Shown one piece after another: positions 62,375 to 64,000 of a DNA stretch of 64,000 nucleotides (the stretch's first letter is position 1; every line of letters begins with the position of its first letter). The translations under genes and the position numbers were made by a program. The DNA comes from Candidatus Gallimonas merdigallinarum (GTDB lineage Bacteria; Bacillota; Clostridia; Christensenellales; Borkfalkiaceae), in the NCBI GenBank assembly GCA_944346365.1, contig CALVMN010000004.1, positions 3,135-67,134 on the forward strand. Reading direction: 5' to 3'. The notes beneath the pieces were generated by a model. The model saw nothing but the letters and a program-made list of their open reading frames with translations. It was not told where the DNA came from and made no database searches.

Positions 62375-62680
62375 ATGGAAACGTGCGAAAACTGTGAAAT
62401 GCATTATAAGGAGACGCCGCGTGGAGAGGAGGATGTGCGCTTGCTCGTCAACCGGATCAACCGGATCGTAGGGCAGCTTGGCGGCATCAAAAAGATGATC
62501 GAGGAAAACCGCTACTGCGGCGAGGTGCTCATACAGGTCTCCGCGGTGGAAAGCGCCGTACGGTCGTTCGGATATCTCCTGCTGGAAGATCATATGCGCA
62601 CCTGCGTCAGAGAAAAGCTCCGCGCGGGGGACGAGAATATCATCAAAGAGACGATGGAACTCATCAAAAATCTGAATTGA
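62375..62680 (+). CDS. csoR: CsoR-family copper-sensing repressor
   Basis: RINRIVGQLGGIKKMIEENRYCGEVLIQVSAVESA...EDHMRTC fits the C-H-C ligand pattern of CsoR. Confidence 0.88.
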   Translation: METCENCEMHYKETPRGEEDVRLLVNRINRIVGQLGGIKKMIEENRYCGEVLIQVSAVESAVRSFGYLLLEDHMRTCVREKLRAGDENIIKETMELIKNLN

Positions 62681-62695
62681 CGGAAGGAAGCGGTT

Positions 62696-64000
62696 ATGAA
62701 GAAAAAATATTCCGTCACGGGAATGACGTGTGCGGCGTGCTCTTCGGGCATCGAGCGTACCGTCTCCAAACTCAAAGGGGTGGAAACCTGCTCCGTCTCG
62801 CTTATGGGCGAGAGTATGGAAGTCTCCTTTGACGAGAGCGTCGTCTCTGACGCGCGCATCAAGAGCGCGGTTTCCGCGCTCGGGTACGGCGCGTACGACT
62901 TCGGCGCGGTCCCCGAAAAGAAGAAAAAGAAGTTCACGCTCGGCGTGCGATTCTTGCTTTCCCTCATTCTGCTCATTCCCGAAATGTACTTTTCTATGGG
63001 GCATATGATGGGGATTCCCGTACCGCACGGCTGGCTGAATTACGGTTTTCAGGTGGGGCTGACGCTGCTCATTCTCCTCATCAACGGGCAGTTTTTCGTA
63101 AGCGGCGTGCGCGCGGCGGTCAAGCTCGTGCCGAATATGGATACGCTCGTCACGCTGGGTGCGGCGGTCTCCTTTGTGTACAGCCTCGTCATGGCGATTC
63201 TGACGCCCGAAGAGCCGACGCTCTTTTTCGAGTCTGCGGCGATGATCGTCACGCTCGTCACGCTGGGCAAATGGCTGGAAGATAAGAGCAAACGCCGCAC
63301 GGGGCGGGAGATCGAAAAACTCCGCCGCCTTGCGCCCGATACCGTCATCGTCGAGCGGGAGGGGAAAGAGGAGAAGATCGCGCTTGCTGATGTGGCGGCG
63401 GGCGATACGCTCGTCGTCAGACAGGGCGAATCCGTCGCCGTGGACGGCGTTGTGACCGAGGGGCACGCCTTCGTCGATCAGTCGGCGGTCACGGGCGAAA
63501 GCCTGCCCGTTGAACTTTCCGAGGGAAGCCGCGCCGTGAGCGCGTCGCTCGTGACGGGCGGGTATCTCAAAATCAGGGCGGAAAAGGTGGGGGAAGATAC
63601 CATGCTCTCCTCCATTATCCGCATGGTGCGCGAGGCTGGCGCGAGCAAAGCGCCCATTCAGAAACTTGCCGATAAGATTTCGGCGGTCTTCGTTCCTGCG
63701 GTGCTCTCCGTTGCGCTGATCACCTTTCTTGCGTGGCTGTTTTCCACGTGGGACGTGGCGGCGGCGTTCAATTTCGGCGTGAGCGTCATCGTGATTTCCT
63801 GCCCGTGCGCGCTGGGGCTTGCAACGCCCGTCGCGGTCATGGCGGCAACGGGGCGGGGCGCGAGCCTCGGCGTGCTCGTCAAGAGCGCGGAAGCCTTGCA
63901 GCGCGCCGCCGACGTGAATACCGTCCTGCTCGACAAGACGGCGACCATTACGGAGGGAAAGCCGCGCGTCGTATTCTTTGAGGCGTACGCCGACGAGGCG
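62696..64000 (+). CDS. copA: Copper-translocating P1B-type ATPase (partial, runs off the window)
   Basis: Not in the ORF track (no stop in the window). MKKKYSVTGMTCAACSSGIERTV is the HMA domain; TGES, CPC and the phosphorylation site (read as DKTAT) are present. Confidence 0.92.
   Translation, partial: MKKKYSVTGMTCAACSSGIERTVSKLKGVETCSVSLMGESMEVSFDESVVSDARIKSAVSALGYGAYDFGAVPEKKKKKFTLGVRFLLSLILLIPEMYFSMGHMMGIPVPHGWLNYGFQVGLTLLILLINGQFFVSGVRAAVKLVPNMDTLVTLGAAVSFVYSLVMAILTPEEPTLFFESAAMIVTLVTLGKWLEDKSKRRTGREIEKLRRLAPDTVIVEREGKEEKIALADVAAGDTLVVRQGESVAVDGVVTEGHAFVDQSAVTGESLPVELSEGSRAVSASLVTGGYLKIRAEKVGEDTMLSSIIRMVREAGASKAPIQKLADKISAVFVPAVLSVALITFLAWLFSTWDVAAAFNFGVSVIVISCPCALGLATPVAVMAATGRGASLGVLVKSAEALQRAADVNTVLLDKTATITEGKPRVVFFEAYADEA

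Noticed and set aside
50508-63466. Long minus-strand ORFs 50508..52205, 52283..53749, 55341..56279, 57850..58824, 58846..60057, 60632..62062 and 62258..63466
   Set aside because: They are antisense to GH43, fbp, the CoADR-like gene, pta, ackA, the membrane protein/Hrb genes and csoR/copA respectively. None shows independent coding signals.
1-64000. Looked for CRISPR arrays, tRNA/rRNA/tmRNA genes, integrases, transposases, inverted terminal repeats and riboswitch-like leaders (T-box upstream of the ABC importer, cobalamin/ZTP/guanidine-like motifs at 49560-49760)
   Set aside because: By eye, no regularly spaced repeats, no cloverleaf-type conserved tRNA arms and no recombinase-like ORFs were seen. 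The importer promoter lies only ~30 nt from its start codon, leaving no room for a T-box. The GC-rich spacer did not match the riboswitch consensus sequences I recall. A covariance-model scan is still needed for certainty.

Overview
High-GC, Firmicutes/Clostridia-like chromosomal window; the taxonomic call is an inference from gene content (Bacillus-type large SRP RNA, class 3 FBPase, TmcAL, type-Z S14). The core (16.3-32.0 kb) is a complete S10-spc-alpha ribosomal supercluster, rpsJ through rplQ, including secY, adk, map, infA, rpmJ and rpoA. It is flanked by housekeeping genes: obg, yhbY, SRP RNA, fbp, pta-ackA, tmcAL and yceD-rpmF. Metabolic and transport genes include a NifU-like/GGGtGRT pair, an enoate-reductase-like flavoenzyme, GH36 alpha-galactosidase, an MFS transporter, a three-gene ABC importer, an M18 aminopeptidase, a heterodimeric ABC exporter plus an Mrp/NBP35 ATPase, two FAD oxidoreductases, a GH43 lipoprotein, a CoA-disulfide-reductase-like enzyme, a flavin-reductase/rubredoxin fusion and csoR-copA. 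I saw no CRISPR array, tRNA, rRNA, integrase or transposase. The most interesting signals follow. (1) Three AT-richer modules share one layout: a small XRE repressor gene sits divergent from a near-consensus promoter carrying an inverted-repeat operator, and that promoter drives a membrane-protein gene. One of these modules also carries a PD-(D/E)xK nuclease-family gene and a T9 frameshift tract, and is my best candidate for an undescribed defence- or toxin-like system. (2) There are unusually long, hairpin- and repeat-rich spacers inside the ribosomal operon: the rpsJ leader, infA-rpmJ and rpmJ-rpsM. (3) An orphan terminator next to the SRP RNA gene may mark a small RNA. (4) A lipoprotein cassette is flanked by a duplicated MFS gene 3' end. 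(5) Several promoters have a leaderless-type geometry. All calls are by-eye reading of the sequence and the ORF track; no searches or computations were run.
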